Shown piece by piece: positions 61,927-64,000 of a stretch of DNA of 64,000 nucleotides. Positions within the stretch are counted from its first letter, which is position 1. Each line of letters starts with the position of its first letter. The notes beneath the pieces were generated by a model. It had not been told where the DNA came from, did no database searches, and was given only the letters and a program-made list of their open reading frames with translations. Source of the stretch: Fonticula alba ATCC 38817 (Eukaryota > Protista > Nucleariida); NCBI GenBank assembly GCA_000388065.2, contig KB932201.1; one strand, 5' to 3'. The translations under genes were made by a program, and so were the position numbers.

Positions 61927-63632
61927 ATGACGGCCACCGCGCCAGAGGCAACTGAGCCTCTTGACCGTCATAAGGTAGGCATCATTCTTCTCACCTGCCG
62001 GGCCATGCCTTCCCGGCCGCTCCTCCTGCCCCCTTCCCCGCTTCCCACTCCGCCCGGCTGCTTGTGTCTCTTTTCCCCCTCCAGGCCCTGAGGCTCACTG
62101 TGTACCCTCCTACTCGACCATCTCTAACACTTTCTACGCCCCGCCTCCCCCCCCCCCCTAGGTCTGTCCGTTCCTTCTGAATGTCTTTATCAAGAAGGGC
62201 GGCCACTACCCGTGCGTATGATTGGCTTATCACCAGCCTACTCCGCCCTTTCTCGTGTGTTCTTTCAACTCACCACATCTCATCTCCCCCCTCCCTTCGC
62301 ACCCCCTTCTCCAGTGCCTCCGTCTACGCGGCCAAGTCCGCTCACCGGGACAGCCTCCAGATTTACACCTGGTCCGTGTCTTACCTTCCCGACACCCGCC
62401 CATCGCCCTTTTCAGCTCCCATCCCTGACCATGTTGCTTGTTGCCCTCTTGTCCAGGCTCGATGCGAGCCTTGCTGAGCTCTTCCAACTTGTGAGCTCGC
62501 GCATTGATATTGAGCCAACCGCCGTGCTGCTCTTCGCCCGGGTATGCGCTTCCCGCCTCCTCCTCTTCCTTCCCGCCCTCTTCTCGCTCCGGCCTGCCCC
62601 CCCTCCCCCCTCCCCCGTCCACGCCCATCCTGTCTCCCCTTCACACATTGACTCAGTCCTCTCTGCCGCGTCCATGTGCTGCCTCGCCCTCCTCCCTCCC
62701 TATCCCTTGCCTCCCCCCTCGCCCCCGCCCCGGATGTGCCAACTGCGCAGGTCTTCCACTCCCCCGAGGGCCAGCTCACCTACAATGCCATGGGGTCTGT
62801 GCCGGCCTCCTTGCTGGATGAGGGCACCCGCGCCAAGCGCGCCACCGCGGCACAGATCCGCGAGTCCAGCCGCACACTCAAGGAGCTGGGCTTTGCCATT
62901 GGCGATTTCATCGACATCGCCGTGGTCGACGAGCGCAACCTGGCCAACCCGCAGGTGTACATCCGCGAGGCGATGGAGTCGCATGCGGGCAATGCGCGTC
63001 GCGGCAGCCAGGGCCCCCACCAAGGCGGCCACATGCACCGCGGGCGTGACGATCGGCCCGGCCGTGGTGCGCGCGGCGGCGGTGGCGGCGGCCATGGCGG
63101 CCACGGCGGCCACGGTGGCCACGGCGGCCACGGCGGCCACGGTCCTGGCGGTCGCGGCGGGCGTGGCAGTCGCGGCGGCGGCTTCCGCGGGCGCAGCCGC
63201 AGCCGCAGCCCTGGTCGGTACTATTCCGGCCGGCGTCGTCGGTCTTTCTCGCGCAGCCGGTCGCGTTCGCCCCCGCGTTGGGGTGGTGGCCCGGGCGGCG
63301 GCTACCGTGGCTACTCGCGTAGCCGGTCGCCCCCTGCCTTCCGGCCGTCTTACTATGGGAATCGCGGTCCAGGTGGCCCTGGGGCTGGTGGCTTCCGGTC
63401 GCGGTCGCGGTCGCGGTCGCCGGTGTATGCCCACGGCCGCTACCGGTCGCCGTCGCCGTATGGCCGCCGCTGGTCGCGGTCTCGCTCGCCCTCGCCTCCG
63501 CGCTCGCGTGGCGAGGCCTACCCCCCGGCCCATCGTCGGCGGTCCTTCTCTCGTGGCCGGAGCTTCAGTCGCAGCCGCAGCCGCAGCCGCAGCCCGCCCT
63601 CCTACCGCCGCCGGTCGCGTAGCCCGTACTGA
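61927..63632 (+). CDS. SAP18: Sin3-associated protein SAP18 with an RGG/RS C-terminal tail
   Basis: Spliced translation: PLDRHK|VCPFLLNVFIKKGGHYP|..LQIYTW|LDASLAEL..|..TLKELGFAIGDFIDIAV, which matches the SAP18 ubiquitin-like fold motifs. About 200 aa of RGG/GGH/RS repeats follow. Confidence 0.9.
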
Positions 63633-64000
63633 AGGGAGGGACCCCACGCGCAGCCGCTCCCCGCTCCCCGCCGCCCTTTCCTGCTCCTGCTTCCCTCCCA
63701 GGAAGAGGGCTCTGCTGGCGGATGGGGAATCACCCGGCGGCGCCATTTCCCTTCATGCATTGCTCGCCCGCCTTGCCCCTGGCCTTCTCCGCCTCCTCTC
63801 CCTTGTTGTCTCCCTGCCTCTGCGCATAAACATCATGGGTGCTGTGTCTTTGTGCCTCCCTGTGCGCGCCTTGTGCACGCGCATGCATGGGCACGGATGC
63901 CTGCACATACATGCGCAGCGCTCTTCCGCCTGTCCCTGGGACATGGGTCTGTGCGTCGACGCGCTGTCTCCCCCTTTGTCTCTCCCCCCCCCCCCCCCCC

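Overview
This window is eukaryotic, GC-rich, intron-containing draft-assembly DNA. It has about 9 N-gaps, many C/G homopolymers and CA/GA microsatellites. The protein set and composition suggest a unicellular opisthokont such as Fonticula (inference; no database check). Splicing by eye gives 14 protein-coding genes: a BRCA1/BARD1-like RING-NZF-tandem BRCT protein, RPL7A, ubiquitin-RPS27A, AHA1, an Ariadne RBR ligase, a GPATCH1-like protein, two hypothetical proteins, RPL18A, SEC31, ZC3H15/TMA46, a RECQL4-like protein, DDX6/DHH1, GET3/ASNA1 and SAP18. The strongest finding is the RECQL4-type gene at 45786-51276 (minus strand). It keeps the RECQL4 scaffold and C-terminal signature, but its Walker A, Walker B, motif III and motif VI are all replaced, so it looks like a pseudo-helicase. 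Other leads are a BRCA1-like protein with a built-in NZF finger, a DDX6 with an N-terminal low-complexity extension of about 730 aa, a SAP18 with an RS/RGG tail, a GTGCGT-dominated 5' splice-site consensus and a hairpin-dense low-GC island near 44.8-45.3 kb. An Illumina adapter and two artefactual duplications lie near 32.4-33.3 kb. No tRNA, rRNA, CRISPR array or intact transposon could be supported. All family comparisons are from recalled consensus sequences, not from searches.
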